A stretch of 64,000 nt of DNA from an uncultured Acidobacteriota bacterium (lineage in GTDB: Bacteria; Acidobacteriota; Blastocatellia; RBC074): assembly GCA_963796275.1 (NCBI GenBank), contig CAWCKY010000006.1:1024001-1088000 (forward strand), in the 5' to 3' direction. Positions within the stretch are counted from its first letter, which is position 1, and each line of letters begins with the position of its first letter. Shown piece by piece: positions 30,826 to 41,095 of the stretch. Under the pieces are notes generated by a model that was not told the origin of the DNA, did no database searches, and worked only from the letters and a program-made list of their open reading frames with translations. Both the position numbers and the translations under genes were made by a program.

Positions 30826-32241
30826 ATGCGCCCTTTGGTCCCGACTACAGATATGAATAACGTGGCCCGAACATCTCGTGACTGGTTATCCCGGAAGGTT
30901 CTCGTACCATTCACCTATATGCAACAGATGGCGCGACCATCGCGACGCCCTATGAGGTCGGCATTCTTCGATGGAATGCGATTTCGCAGGGATTCCGCAT
31001 CGTGGCATGTTGAAAAAAGGAATGAATGGGTACTCGGTAAGTTACGTTATATACTCCGGCAGGCCTATCGCGATACGGTTTATTACCGAAAGCTATTCGA
31101 CGGTATCGGATTCGATCCGGCATCGGACTTCAGTTTCGATGATTTCTCACGTATACCGGTCCTCGAGCGTGAAGATATGCATCGGGAAGGGAAGAATCTC
31201 GTTTCTTCATCGATTGCGGACGGGATTTTGAAGAGAGATGCCACCGGAGGATCGACCGGAACGCCCGCAGTCATCTGGATGGGGCCTGAGGAGCAGGGCT
31301 GGCGCGAGAGCTCGGGGGAGTATTTTATGCAGTGTCTCAAGCTCCCCATCGGGTCGCGCATCGGAGGTTTATGGGGACATCATCTGGATCCGGTCGCGTC
31401 CGATAGTTTGCGCGAACGCTATTACGGCTTCCTGACCAACTCGCGCTACTTCGATTGTTTCAGGTTGTCACCCGAAATTTTCGAGCGATACCACCAGGAT
31501 CTGGAGAATTGGCGTCCCGCTTGCATCGTAGCTTATGCCAGTGCGCTCGGTAATATGGCGGAGTTTATTCTGGATCGCGGTTACCGGCCCAACTACCCGA
31601 CGCAATGCCTGGTGACCGGAGCCGAGAAATTACTGCCAAGCCATCGGAAGTTGATTGAAAAGGCATTTCGCCGTCCGGTACACGAGCGATACGGAGGGCG
31701 TGACATCGGCTATGTCGGGTTTCAGTTAACGCTCGAGCGGTCATACGATTTCGACATCGATTGGGCAAATACGCTGCTCGAACCGGAGACCGGTGAGGCG
31801 GAGTCCGAAATGCTGATCACCAAGCTCCATGCCGACGGGATGCCGATGATTCGTTATCGGGTGGGTGATGTTGCACGTTTCCCCCAGGGAAGTAAACCGG
31901 GGCATCCGGTGTACGTTCTTAACGAAATTATCGGGCGTTCGATCGATCGCGTGTGGCTTCCGGATGGAAGGTGGATCCACGGAATCCAGTTTCCCCACCT
32001 TCTGAAAGATCATCCGGTTCGTGAATTTTTGTTGTACCAGCGTCAGGATTTTTCAGTCGATTTGCAGCTCGTGCCCAAACCAAACTTTGATGAAGTAAGC
32101 CGGCGAATGATAGCCGAAACAATCCAGGCCAACCTCCCCGGCCTTCTCGTAAACATCCGCCTAGTCGAACAGGTCCCGCGCACTCAAGCCAACAAATGGC
32201 GGTTCGTGGTTAGCGAAGTGAAAGATTTGAAGGGAGTATAA
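30826..32241 (+). CDS. Phenylacetate-CoA ligase-like (CapK-like) adenylate-forming enzyme
   Basis: ATGGSTGTP, TGAEKL, ERYG, MPMIRYRVGD, GRS.D motifs. Confidence 0.85.
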   Translation: MRPLVPTTDMNNVARTSRDWLSRKVLVPFTYMQQMARPSRRPMRSAFFDGMRFRRDSASWHVEKRNEWVLGKLRYILRQAYRDTVYYRKLFDGIGFDPASDFSFDDFSRIPVLEREDMHREGKNLVSSSIADGILKRDATGGSTGTPAVIWMGPEEQGWRESSGEYFMQCLKLPIGSRIGGLWGHHLDPVASDSLRERYYGFLTNSRYFDCFRLSPEIFERYHQDLENWRPACIVAYASALGNMAEFILDRGYRPNYPTQCLVTGAEKLLPSHRKLIEKAFRRPVHERYGGRDIGYVGFQLTLERSYDFDIDWANTLLEPETGEAESEMLITKLHADGMPMIRYRVGDVARFPQGSKPGHPVYVLNEIIGRSIDRVWLPDGRWIHGIQFPHLLKDHPVREFLLYQRQDFSVDLQLVPKPNFDEVSRRMIAETIQANLPGLLVNIRLVEQVPRTQANKWRFVVSEVKDLKGV

Positions 32242-33794
32242 TGACAATCGATTTTGTTAGCGACCCCCGTACGGACCCTCGCGTCGCGGTAGCAAGGCTC
32301 TCCTCCTCTGATTCCCGAACATCAACCGATGAAATCAGCGACGTTTTGGATCGCCTGTCGGCCGGTCTGCGATGGTCGAACATGTCAGACGGGGCAAACG
32401 AAACGAACGGGACAAACGGGGCGAACGGGACAAACGGGGCAAATGTGGCAAAGGGCGCCAAAGCCGCAGATGGGGCGGACGGAATGGGCGAGGCTAATGT
32501 GGCAAACGGGGCAAACGGGGCAAACGGGGCAAACGTCCTGAGAGGGCCATTTGCGAATGTGATTCCTCGAGGAGCCCGCGTTTTGATCAAGCCGAATTTT
32601 GTTCTGCACGAAAATCAGGGCCCTTGGGGAATGGATCCTGTGGTCACTCATCCGAACCTGATCCGCGCGGTAGTTCAGGGCGTGCTGCGCTCGGAAGCTG
32701 CCGAAGTCATTGTCGGAGATGCGCCTCTGCAGGGATGTGATTTCGCCCGCCTCCTCAATATCACGGGGCTCGACGCGTGGGCTAACGCGTTAATGAAGCG
32801 CGAATCGAGGTTCAAGGGGATTGCGGACTTCCGCAGGACTACCTGTGTGTTTGTAGATGGAGTAAGGATCGCCAAAGAAAATCTAAAACCTGAAGATAAT
32901 TTTGTCCTCTTCGATCTCGGCCGGGAGAGTTTGCTCGAGCCGATATCGAACGGCGGCGGCGCATTCCGGGTCACCTGTTACGATCCGCGCCTCCTGGCGC
33001 GCACTCATCAGGCGGGCCGTCACCAATATCTGGTTGCTCGTGAAGTGATCGACGCGGATGTGATCATCAATCTCCCTAAATTGAAGACTCACAAAAAAGC
33101 CGGGATCACCTGCGCACTCAAAAACCTGATCGGGATCAATGGGAACAAAGAGTATCTGCCGCATCATCGAATCGGCGGATCGAGTTCCGGCGGTGATTGT
33201 TATCCGGGCGGCAGTCTGCTCAAACGCGCGCTCGAATTTACGTCCGATCGGGAAAATTCGACATCGTCGCTTGCCTTGAGCAAAGTCTGGCACGGCGCCG
33301 GTATACAGTTTCAACGCGCGCTGCGGTTGATGGGAGATCAATTGGGGACCGAAGGCTCCTGGTCGGGGAACGATACCATTTGGCGCACATGCTTAGACCT
33401 CAATCGGATCCTACTGTACGGCCGCGCAGATGCGACACTGGCGGACAACCCACAGCGCCGCGTGCTGAACGTGGTCGATGCGATCATAGCCGGCCAGGGT
33501 GATGGACCGCTATCGCCGCAGCCGCTGCCGATGGGGCTCATTATAGCGGGACAGAACGCCGCGGCCGTCGATTGGATCGGGGCGCATCTGTTGGGTTATG
33601 AGCCATCGAAGATTTCCATCGCCCGCGAGGCATTCGGGAATTTTCGATGGCCCCTCGCTTCGTTCCCGTCTTGTGACGTGATGCTACAGGGCGAAGTGGG
33701 GAGAGGATTCGCCGATGATGTTTTTGCTCAAAGGAAAAACGGAATCTCTGTCATCTATCCCGTGGGTTGGCAGTCTGCGGCCGCAGGGCGATAA
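32241..33794 (+). CDS. DUF362-domain protein with an in-frame 9-bp repeat insertion
   Basis: VLIKPN, VTHP, VGDAP, INLPKLKTH, TCALKNLIG, DAIIAGQGDGP. Confidence 0.8.
   Translation: MTIDFVSDPRTDPRVAVARLSSSDSRTSTDEISDVLDRLSAGLRWSNMSDGANETNGTNGANGTNGANVAKGAKAADGADGMGEANVANGANGANGANVLRGPFANVIPRGARVLIKPNFVLHENQGPWGMDPVVTHPNLIRAVVQGVLRSEAAEVIVGDAPLQGCDFARLLNITGLDAWANALMKRESRFKGIADFRRTTCVFVDGVRIAKENLKPEDNFVLFDLGRESLLEPISNGGGAFRVTCYDPRLLARTHQAGRHQYLVAREVIDADVIINLPKLKTHKKAGITCALKNLIGINGNKEYLPHHRIGGSSSGGDCYPGGSLLKRALEFTSDRENSTSSLALSKVWHGAGIQFQRALRLMGDQLGTEGSWSGNDTIWRTCLDLNRILLYGRADATLADNPQRRVLNVVDAIIAGQGDGPLSPQPLPMGLIIAGQNAAAVDWIGAHLLGYEPSKISIAREAFGNFRWPLASFPSCDVMLQGEVGRGFADDVFAQRKNGISVIYPVGWQSAAAGR
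32390..32536 (+). repeat. Degenerate 9-bp tandem repeat (GGGGCAAAC / GGGACAAAC) encoding (G-A/T-N)n
   Basis: Visible in DNA and in the translation GANETNGTNGANGTNGAN...ANGANGANGAN. Confidence 0.85.
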
Positions 33795-33930
33795 AAAGTT
33801 GAACAGGGTGAATCGGATTACAGACTGGATCAACGGGTGCTTGCGAAGCATTAAGTAAAAAGGGGATGGTTCGCCGAGTTAATTGCGGGATTTTTCGCGG
33901 TGAGCCCCATACCGTCCACTGACAGATCAA

Positions 33931-36207
33931 ATGAAACCTAAAATTCTACAACTGATCGGCAACTTACATCCAGGCGGCACCGAGAACCAGGCGGTGCAGC
34001 TCGTCAGATTGTTGGTTGAGAGCAGTCAATACGAAGTTCACCTCGCTTGTATGGATGCGAGCGGCAAATTGAGGGAGGAACTTGTAAGACTGGGTTTTAA
34101 CGAGATACCAGAATTTCGCCTCACAAGTTTCTTCGATTTCAATGCAATCAAACAGCTCTTCCGGTTCATACGTCTCCTGCAGGAGCGCGAGATTGATATA
34201 ATCCAGACGCACGACTTCTACTCTAATCTATTCGGTATGGCCGCTGCTGCATTGGCGCGCGTTCCTGTCCGCATCGCCGCCCGGCGGGAGACCAAGGGAT
34301 GGCGCACCCCAACGCAAAAGTTCATCGAGCGTATATCATATGGCCTGGCGAAGGCGATTGTTGCCAATGCAGAAGCGGTTCGCGATCAACTGGTCGTGGA
34401 AGGTGTGAAAGATGAAAAGATAGTCACCATCTACAACGGTCTCGACCTCGAACGGCTGATTCCGCGACAGACAGGCGATGACGCGCTCTCCCTTTTCAAT
34501 CTACCGAAGAACGGGGACTACCAGTACGTCACGATCGTCGCCAACATGCTTCATAGGGTCAAAGACCACCCGACCTTTTTGCGCGCAGCCAAGCAAGTGC
34601 GCCAGGAAATTCCCACCGCGCGCTTCATCGTCGCCGGCATGGGGCAACTGACGGATGAGATGCGCGCGCTGGCGGGCGATCTCGGGATAGCCGGTGATGT
34701 TTTTTTCCTCGGGCGGTGCGAACAGATCGCTGAATTGCTGTCGATCTCAGATGTCTGCGTATTGAGCTCGAAAGCCGAGGGTTTCTCCAATTCCATCCTG
34801 GAGTATATGGGAGCGGCCCGTCCTGTAGTCGTGACGAACGTTGGCGGCGCACGCGAGGCGGTAATCGAAGGTGAAACCGGATATCTGGTGGATGCCGGTG
34901 ACGATGCGACGATGGCCAATCGGATCATAGAATTGCTCCGCGACTCACGCCGAGCCCGAAATATGGGGGAGCGCGGGCGCCGGGTTGTCGAGGAGAAGTT
35001 TTCAATGGAGGCACAGATCGGCCGCACCGGGAAACTTTATGACCAGTTGTTATCTGCCGGCTCGATCTCGGGCAATTCTGCTCGAGACGGTTCGGCGCCG
35101 ACGCGCGTTTTGATCGTCGCTCCATCGCTCGATATTTTGGGAGGGCAGTCGGTGCAGGCCCGCAGACTGCTCGAGCGTTTCCGTGATGAACCATCATTGG
35201 ATGTTTCGTTCCTTCCCATCAATCCGCGCCTCCCTTGGCCCTTCGGGAAATTACAGGCGGTCAAATATCTGCGCACCATCGTGACCTCTATAGTCTACTG
35301 GGCGATGTTGCTCTGGCGCGTTCGCTCATACGACGTCGTCCACGTTTTTTCAGCATCATATTGGTCGTTCTTACTTGCGCCGGTGCCCGCGATTCTGGTC
35401 TCGCGTTTTTATGGAAAAAAAATACTGCTCAATTATCATAGCGGCGAGGCCGAAGATCACCTGCAGCACTGGCAATTGACCGCCCTGCCGGCCATGAAGC
35501 TCGTCGACAAAATAGTCGTACCGTCGGGTTATCTGGTGGAAGTATTCAAGCGTTTCGGCTTGTGGGCCGAGGCGGTGCCCAACACGATCGATCTCGCTCG
35601 CTTCGCTTTTCGCAAGCGGAGGCCGCTGCGTCCCATCCTCCTCTCGAATCGCAACTTCGAAGCACACTACAACGTGGAATGCGTTCTGCGCGCCTTCGCT
35701 TTGATCCAAAAAGATATGCCGGAGGCGCGGCTGATCGTCGCGGGCGATGGCAGCCGGCGCTTCGATCTGCATGCTCTGGCAGACGAATTGGGGCTCAAGG
35801 ATGTGGAATTTGCCGGGAGGGTTACGCAAGAAAGGATGCCGGAACTCTATCAGCAGGCTCATATCTTTATTAACGCTTCGGATATCGACAATATGCCTCT
35901 TTCGCACATCGAGGCATTCGCTTGCGGGCTTCCGGTCGTGACGACGGATGCCGGCGGCATTCCGTATATCGTAGCCAACGACCGCAATGGGTTGATGGTC
36001 TCTCGGGGAGACCACGAGGCGCTGGCAGCTGGAGTGTTGCGTTTGTTCAGAGATGGTGATTTGGCCGAGCGACTGATCGATACCGCGCAGAGCGATTGCA
36101 CCCAGTATACCTGGGCGGCAGTGCGAGAAGGATGGCTAAAGGCATATAGCGAACTGACGAATTTGAACGGAAAATCGACGGCTGTGAAGACGGAGGGTGC
36201 CAGCTAG
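33931..36207 (+). CDS. Tandem double GT4 glycosyltransferase fusion
   Basis: Two GT-B modules: EGFSNSILEY and DNMPLSHIEAF signatures; second N-terminal motif RVLIVAPS...GGQ. Confidence 0.88.
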   Translation: MKPKILQLIGNLHPGGTENQAVQLVRLLVESSQYEVHLACMDASGKLREELVRLGFNEIPEFRLTSFFDFNAIKQLFRFIRLLQEREIDIIQTHDFYSNLFGMAAAALARVPVRIAARRETKGWRTPTQKFIERISYGLAKAIVANAEAVRDQLVVEGVKDEKIVTIYNGLDLERLIPRQTGDDALSLFNLPKNGDYQYVTIVANMLHRVKDHPTFLRAAKQVRQEIPTARFIVAGMGQLTDEMRALAGDLGIAGDVFFLGRCEQIAELLSISDVCVLSSKAEGFSNSILEYMGAARPVVVTNVGGAREAVIEGETGYLVDAGDDATMANRIIELLRDSRRARNMGERGRRVVEEKFSMEAQIGRTGKLYDQLLSAGSISGNSARDGSAPTRVLIVAPSLDILGGQSVQARRLLERFRDEPSLDVSFLPINPRLPWPFGKLQAVKYLRTIVTSIVYWAMLLWRVRSYDVVHVFSASYWSFLLAPVPAILVSRFYGKKILLNYHSGEAEDHLQHWQLTALPAMKLVDKIVVPSGYLVEVFKRFGLWAEAVPNTIDLARFAFRKRRPLRPILLSNRNFEAHYNVECVLRAFALIQKDMPEARLIVAGDGSRRFDLHALADELGLKDVEFAGRVTQERMPELYQQAHIFINASDIDNMPLSHIEAFACGLPVVTTDAGGIPYIVANDRNGLMVSRGDHEALAAGVLRLFRDGDLAERLIDTAQSDCTQYTWAAVREGWLKAYSELTNLNGKSTAVKTEGAS

Positions 36208-36423
36208 CACCAGGGGAACGAGTGCAGCTGCATGCGAGTCGATCGTTCTCCTATAAATAATTGCTCGGACATCTGAAACCCCAAAAGCGGTATCTAACAT
36301 CTGGCATTCCCATCCGACAGATGCGAAGGCAGATTTCAGTTCAAGGATTCAGGTTTCAGCAACGCGCACTTCACAGTATTGAAAAAAAGAGAACGCCGAC
36401 ATAATCCCTCTTGCTCACTTTTT

Positions 36424-38973
36424 ATGGTGGTAGATTTTGCAAAATTGAAGAAGCTCAGAGGTCGCAGCGCACAAGAGTTGCGGGTCCGCGCGAAACAGGA
36501 GTGGACTAAGCTGAGCGAGCGGCTTTTTTATCCCGGCCGAGTGGAAATGAGCGATGCCGGTCTCTTGCGCGAACTGAGGCCAGCGGCACTTAATGGCTCG
36601 GGCGAGAGCGCCGCGGCGTTCACCGCTGATCGCATCCGCAAATTTAAAGTTACGCCATTTTTTCCCGCTTTCGCTCATCGCGATGAAATTCGCGAGATCA
36701 TGGAGAAACGATTCGCCGCCGAGCGGATCGGGATGATCGCGCGAGCAGAGCGAATTGTACAGGGCAGATTCGATCTTTTAGGACTGACCGATTTGAACTT
36801 CGGGGAACCGATCGACTGGCGCGCAGAGCCGACGTCGAAGAAGCGCAGCCCGCTATCACACTGGAGCAAAATCGATTACCTCAATCCGGATGTGACGGGA
36901 GACAAAAAAGTCACCTGGGAGCTGAACCGGCATCAGTTCTTAGTCACGCTCGGCCAGGCTTATCTGCTCACCGGCGATGACCGGTATGCTGAGAGTTTCG
37001 TCGCACTCGTCTCATCGTGGATTGACGCCAATCCCTTAAAACGCGGGATCAACTGGGTCAGCAGTCTGGAGCTCTCATTCCGCGCAATCTCCTGGCTGTG
37101 GGCGCTCAATCTTTTCGCCTCTTCTGAACGGTTGACTGCGCAGTTCGAATTGCGAATGCTCAAGCAATTGGTCGCGCACGGGCGCCATATTGAGTCTTAT
37201 CTTTCGCGTTTTTTCAGCCCCAACACCCATCTGACGGGCGAGGCTCTCGGATTATTCTACTTGGGCATGGCGCTTCCTGAATTACGTTGTGCGGGCGCGT
37301 GGCGGGATCTGGGGTTGAATATCCTGGTCGAACAGCTGCCGCTTCAGATACGCAGCGACGGAGTTTATTTCGAACAGTCGACCTATTATCACCGATACAC
37401 AGCCGACTTCTATATACACCTGTTGGCGCTCGCGCAGTCCAACGGCGTACCCCTTCCGGATGATGTCCGGCAGAAGCTCACGCAACTGCTCGATTATCTC
37501 ATGTGGATTACCAGGCCGGATGGAACATCCCCGTTGATCGGCGATGATGATGGCGGTCGCCTCATTCTACTCGGGACGCGCGCGTTGAACGATTACCGCG
37601 ATACCTTGGCGACGGGGGCCGCCATTCTCCGCCGCAGCGATTGGAAGTTCGTAGCCGGTGAGGCCGCCGTCGAGACACTCTGGTTGCTGGGACCAGGCGG
37701 GCTGAAGGAATACGATAACCTGGAGCCCGAATCGCCACAGGAGACCGCGTCTGCATTCGATGTGAGCGGCTATTTCGTAATGCGCGACGGTTGGAAGAGT
37801 TGTTCGAATTACGTGCTGGTCAATTGCGGACCGCGCGGGACGCCATTAAGTGCCGGACATTCGCATGCGGATGCGCTGTCGTTCGAATTCGCAGCCAACG
37901 GGAAGCCATGGGTTATCGATCCCGGTACCTTCGTTTACACCGGGGATAAGCGCGCGCGCAATGAGTTCCGTACGACAGTTGCGCATAACACGGTTACCGT
38001 CGATGGCGAGCAGCAATCGGTACCCGCCGGACCTTTTTCCTGGGGAGAGGGCGCTCGCGCCAAGTCAGAGTCCTTCATCGCTGAAGCCGACTGGACCTAC
38101 TTTAAGGGTTCGCACGATGGTTATCGGCGCCTGGAAGACCCGGTCACGCACACGCGCACGATCTTTTTTGTCAAAGCCGGAATAGAGTTCGGGCTGCCGG
38201 CTTATCTCCTGGTTCACGATCGCTTCGACACCTCAGGCGTCCACCGTTACGCAATCCGGTTTCATTTTCCGCCTGGTTGCGACATCGCGACCAGGAAGAA
38301 TCAGTTCAGGATTACGGAGTCGATCGACGAGGAATTGATTGTTCAAACATATGGAAGTTCCGCTTGCCGTGTCGATGTGGAAAAAGGCTGGGTCTCGCGT
38401 TGTTACGGACATCGCGAACAATCCCCGGTCGCGGTTGTCGAGGCTGATGGCGTGGGGCCACAGGAGTTCGTGACCATTATTATCCCGGCAATTAAGAATG
38501 AAGAAATTAAGATCGAACGTGAGTCCGAATCTTCGACCTCTCTGTCTATCTCGGCCGGAGCCGCGCGTGATGTAATCCTGCTTGGGAATGAGTCTGAGTA
38601 TGTCGGATCAAAATATTTGTCGGGATTGTGCTCGCTCGGATGGGGTCGTTTCCAGCAGGATAAGCTCGCGCGCGCCGGCCTCATTAACGGCAATCTGCTG
38701 GAATCCGAGGGCGTCTCCTTCTGCTCTCCGACGAAGGTCGAACATTTTGCGCTTCGCCTCGACGGTGGGGAAGTCTGGGTTTCCGTACCCGAAGTACACA
38801 ACTTCGATCTGGATCTGCCGGAGCATGCGAACATGGGTTTGATATTTAGGTCACACAAGATTGAATGGACGAAAAACCATCACCGACGATTCGCCGCGAA
38901 TACTTGGCCGAAGCGATTCATCGCATCGGTGAGTATCCGTGGTAGATTCCGTCTCTCTAGCTACTTTTATTGA
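36424..38973 (+). CDS. Heparinase II/III-family polysaccharide lyase
   Basis: WELNRHQF, NTHL.GE, DGVYFEQSTYYH, IGDDDGG, GHSHADALSF, IDPGT..Y, AHNTVTVDG. Confidence 0.88.
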   Translation: MVVDFAKLKKLRGRSAQELRVRAKQEWTKLSERLFYPGRVEMSDAGLLRELRPAALNGSGESAAAFTADRIRKFKVTPFFPAFAHRDEIREIMEKRFAAERIGMIARAERIVQGRFDLLGLTDLNFGEPIDWRAEPTSKKRSPLSHWSKIDYLNPDVTGDKKVTWELNRHQFLVTLGQAYLLTGDDRYAESFVALVSSWIDANPLKRGINWVSSLELSFRAISWLWALNLFASSERLTAQFELRMLKQLVAHGRHIESYLSRFFSPNTHLTGEALGLFYLGMALPELRCAGAWRDLGLNILVEQLPLQIRSDGVYFEQSTYYHRYTADFYIHLLALAQSNGVPLPDDVRQKLTQLLDYLMWITRPDGTSPLIGDDDGGRLILLGTRALNDYRDTLATGAAILRRSDWKFVAGEAAVETLWLLGPGGLKEYDNLEPESPQETASAFDVSGYFVMRDGWKSCSNYVLVNCGPRGTPLSAGHSHADALSFEFAANGKPWVIDPGTFVYTGDKRARNEFRTTVAHNTVTVDGEQQSVPAGPFSWGEGARAKSESFIAEADWTYFKGSHDGYRRLEDPVTHTRTIFFVKAGIEFGLPAYLLVHDRFDTSGVHRYAIRFHFPPGCDIATRKNQFRITESIDEELIVQTYGSSACRVDVEKGWVSRCYGHREQSPVAVVEADGVGPQEFVTIIIPAIKNEEIKIERESESSTSLSISAGAARDVILLGNESEYVGSKYLSGLCSLGWGRFQQDKLARAGLINGNLLESEGVSFCSPTKVEHFALRLDGGEVWVSVPEVHNFDLDLPEHANMGLIFRSHKIEWTKNHHRRFAANTWPKRFIASVSIRGRFRLSSYFY

Positions 38974-38976
38974 AAT

Positions 38977-40929
38977 ATGTGCGGAATATGCGGCATCGCC
39001 GCTCCAACCAATTCAAATCACCGCATTGATGAAACCTTACTGGTTCGGATGCGCGATGAACTCTGGCATAGAGGACCGGACGATGCCGGCCTGTTCAACG
39101 ATGGTCGGGTGGGATTGGGCCATCGCCGCTTGTCGATCGTAGACATCGGCGGCGGCCATCAGCCGATGACGAATGAAGACGGGAATGTCTGGATCGTATT
39201 TAACGGCGAAATCTACAACCACACCCAACTGCGCCCGCTGCTCGAAGAGCGCGGACACGTATATCGCAGCCAGTCGGATACCGAGACGATCATCCATCTC
39301 TACGAAGAGTTCGGGCCGCTGGGCGTCCAGAAGCTGCGGGGGATGTTCGGCTATGCGATCTGGGACGCCGGCCGCCGCAGGCTGGTGCTCGCACGCGATC
39401 GGCTGGGAATCAAGCCGCTCTATTACACGTTGTCCGAGGACGGGGTCCTTTATTTCGCCTCGGAGATCAAAGCGTTGATCGAATCGCGGGCAGTGATGCC
39501 TGAGATCAATTACGCATCGCTGGCCGACTTCGCGGCGAATCGTTATACCTCCGGTGAGGAGACGCTTTTTCGCGGAGTGAAAAGGCTGCTCCCGGGTCAC
39601 GTCTTGATCTGGCAGGAAGGGCGGGTTGAAATCGAGCGTTACTGGAATCTGAGTTTCGCCAAGTCGGATGAACGGCTGAGCGACCGGGATTATGTCGAAC
39701 AGTTTGACGAACTGTTTCGCGATTGCGTCAGATCGCATTTGATGTCCGACGTGCCTCTCGGAATGTTTCTCTCCGGCGGAATCGACTCCAGTGCGATTGC
39801 GGGGATTATGAGCGGGATGGTGAGGGATCCGATCAAAACATTCTCGGTCGCCTTCGCCGAACGTGAGGCCAACGAGTTTGAGTTTGCCCGGACGGTCGCG
39901 CGCGCATTCAACACCGACCATCACGAGATAATCGTCAGTCCGGAGATGTTCTTCGATGCTTTGCCTGCCCTGATTTACCAGGAAGATGAACCGATCGCGC
40001 ACCCTTCGAGTGTGCCGCTCTACTTCGTCTCGCGGCTCGCGGTCGATCACGTCAAGGTCGTCCTCACCGGAGAGGGAAGCGATGAATTGTTGGCGGGGTA
40101 CGGCAAGTATCGGACTACGATTTATAACCTGAAATTCGGGAAGGCGTATGACCGATTCGTCCCGCAGCGGGCCCGCCATCTGATCAGGCAGGGGATCGAT
40201 CGGTTGGATCGATCTTCGACGCTCCGCCAGAAGCTTATCCGGACTTTCCTCTATCTGCCCCCCGAGATAGAGCACATCTATTTTGATAACTTCGCGGTCT
40301 ACTCGCCCGGGATGCAAGGGCGGCTCTTCTCGGCCGAGACGCGCGCCCGGATGAATGGATGTAGTCCGTATCAAACCGCGCTCGATTATATAGAAGCATC
40401 GGACGCCGAGGCTCTGCTCGATCAGTTACTGACGGCTGACCTCAATTCCTATCTGCACGAACTGCTGATGAAGCAGGATCAGATGAGCATGGCCGCCTCG
40501 CTCGAGAGCCGGGTGCCTTTTCTCGATCACGTGCTCGTGGAGTTTGCCGCGCGATTGCCCGTGGATATGAAGCTGAACGGGATGACGACGAAGTACGTTC
40601 TGCGGCGAGCGATGCGAAACGTCTTGCCGCCGGAGATACTGACGCGGAAAAAGATGGGGTTTCCGGTGCCGATCGGAAAATGGTTCCGCGGCCAATTCCG
40701 GAACGTGATCGATGAATATGTGTTAAGTCCGCGTGCGCGCGAGCGCGGCCTCTTCGATTATGACTTCGTGCGCGAACTGGTAGCGCGGCACGAAACCGGG
40801 GAAAACCATGCCGAACGATTATGGATGCTTGTCAATATGGAGATCTGGCAGCGCCGCTTCATCGATGGCGAGGAAATGAATGCCGGCCGAGTTAAGCCGG
40901 CGCCTGTTGCGACGCGCGTTGCCGTCTGA
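38977..40929 (+). CDS. asnB: Asparagine synthase-like glutamine amidotransferase (polysaccharide-associated)
   Basis: MCGI, HRGPD, GHRRLSI, FNGEIYN, LSGGIDSS, TGEGSDE, SLESRVPFLD. Confidence 0.92.
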   Translation: MCGICGIAAPTNSNHRIDETLLVRMRDELWHRGPDDAGLFNDGRVGLGHRRLSIVDIGGGHQPMTNEDGNVWIVFNGEIYNHTQLRPLLEERGHVYRSQSDTETIIHLYEEFGPLGVQKLRGMFGYAIWDAGRRRLVLARDRLGIKPLYYTLSEDGVLYFASEIKALIESRAVMPEINYASLADFAANRYTSGEETLFRGVKRLLPGHVLIWQEGRVEIERYWNLSFAKSDERLSDRDYVEQFDELFRDCVRSHLMSDVPLGMFLSGGIDSSAIAGIMSGMVRDPIKTFSVAFAEREANEFEFARTVARAFNTDHHEIIVSPEMFFDALPALIYQEDEPIAHPSSVPLYFVSRLAVDHVKVVLTGEGSDELLAGYGKYRTTIYNLKFGKAYDRFVPQRARHLIRQGIDRLDRSSTLRQKLIRTFLYLPPEIEHIYFDNFAVYSPGMQGRLFSAETRARMNGCSPYQTALDYIEASDAEALLDQLLTADLNSYLHELLMKQDQMSMAASLESRVPFLDHVLVEFAARLPVDMKLNGMTTKYVLRRAMRNVLPPEILTRKKMGFPVPIGKWFRGQFRNVIDEYVLSPRARERGLFDYDFVRELVARHETGENHAERLWMLVNMEIWQRRFIDGEEMNAGRVKPAPVATRVAV

Positions 40930-41095
40930 GGGATTGTTCCGGTTTCCGATCAATGTCCTGCAGTAATGATTTTTGGCAAGCCGGTATCGATTGTTGGACA
41001 ACCCGAGGAAACTTCATCGTCCGGTTCCCGGATTGAAGGCTTATTCGAACCGCAGGTTCGGATAGAACGGCGGGACATTTTCAGAGGGGTTATCG

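Noticed and set aside
39037-40374. 445-aa antisense ORF
   Set aside because: Shadow of the GC3-biased asnB on the opposite strand; no motifs.
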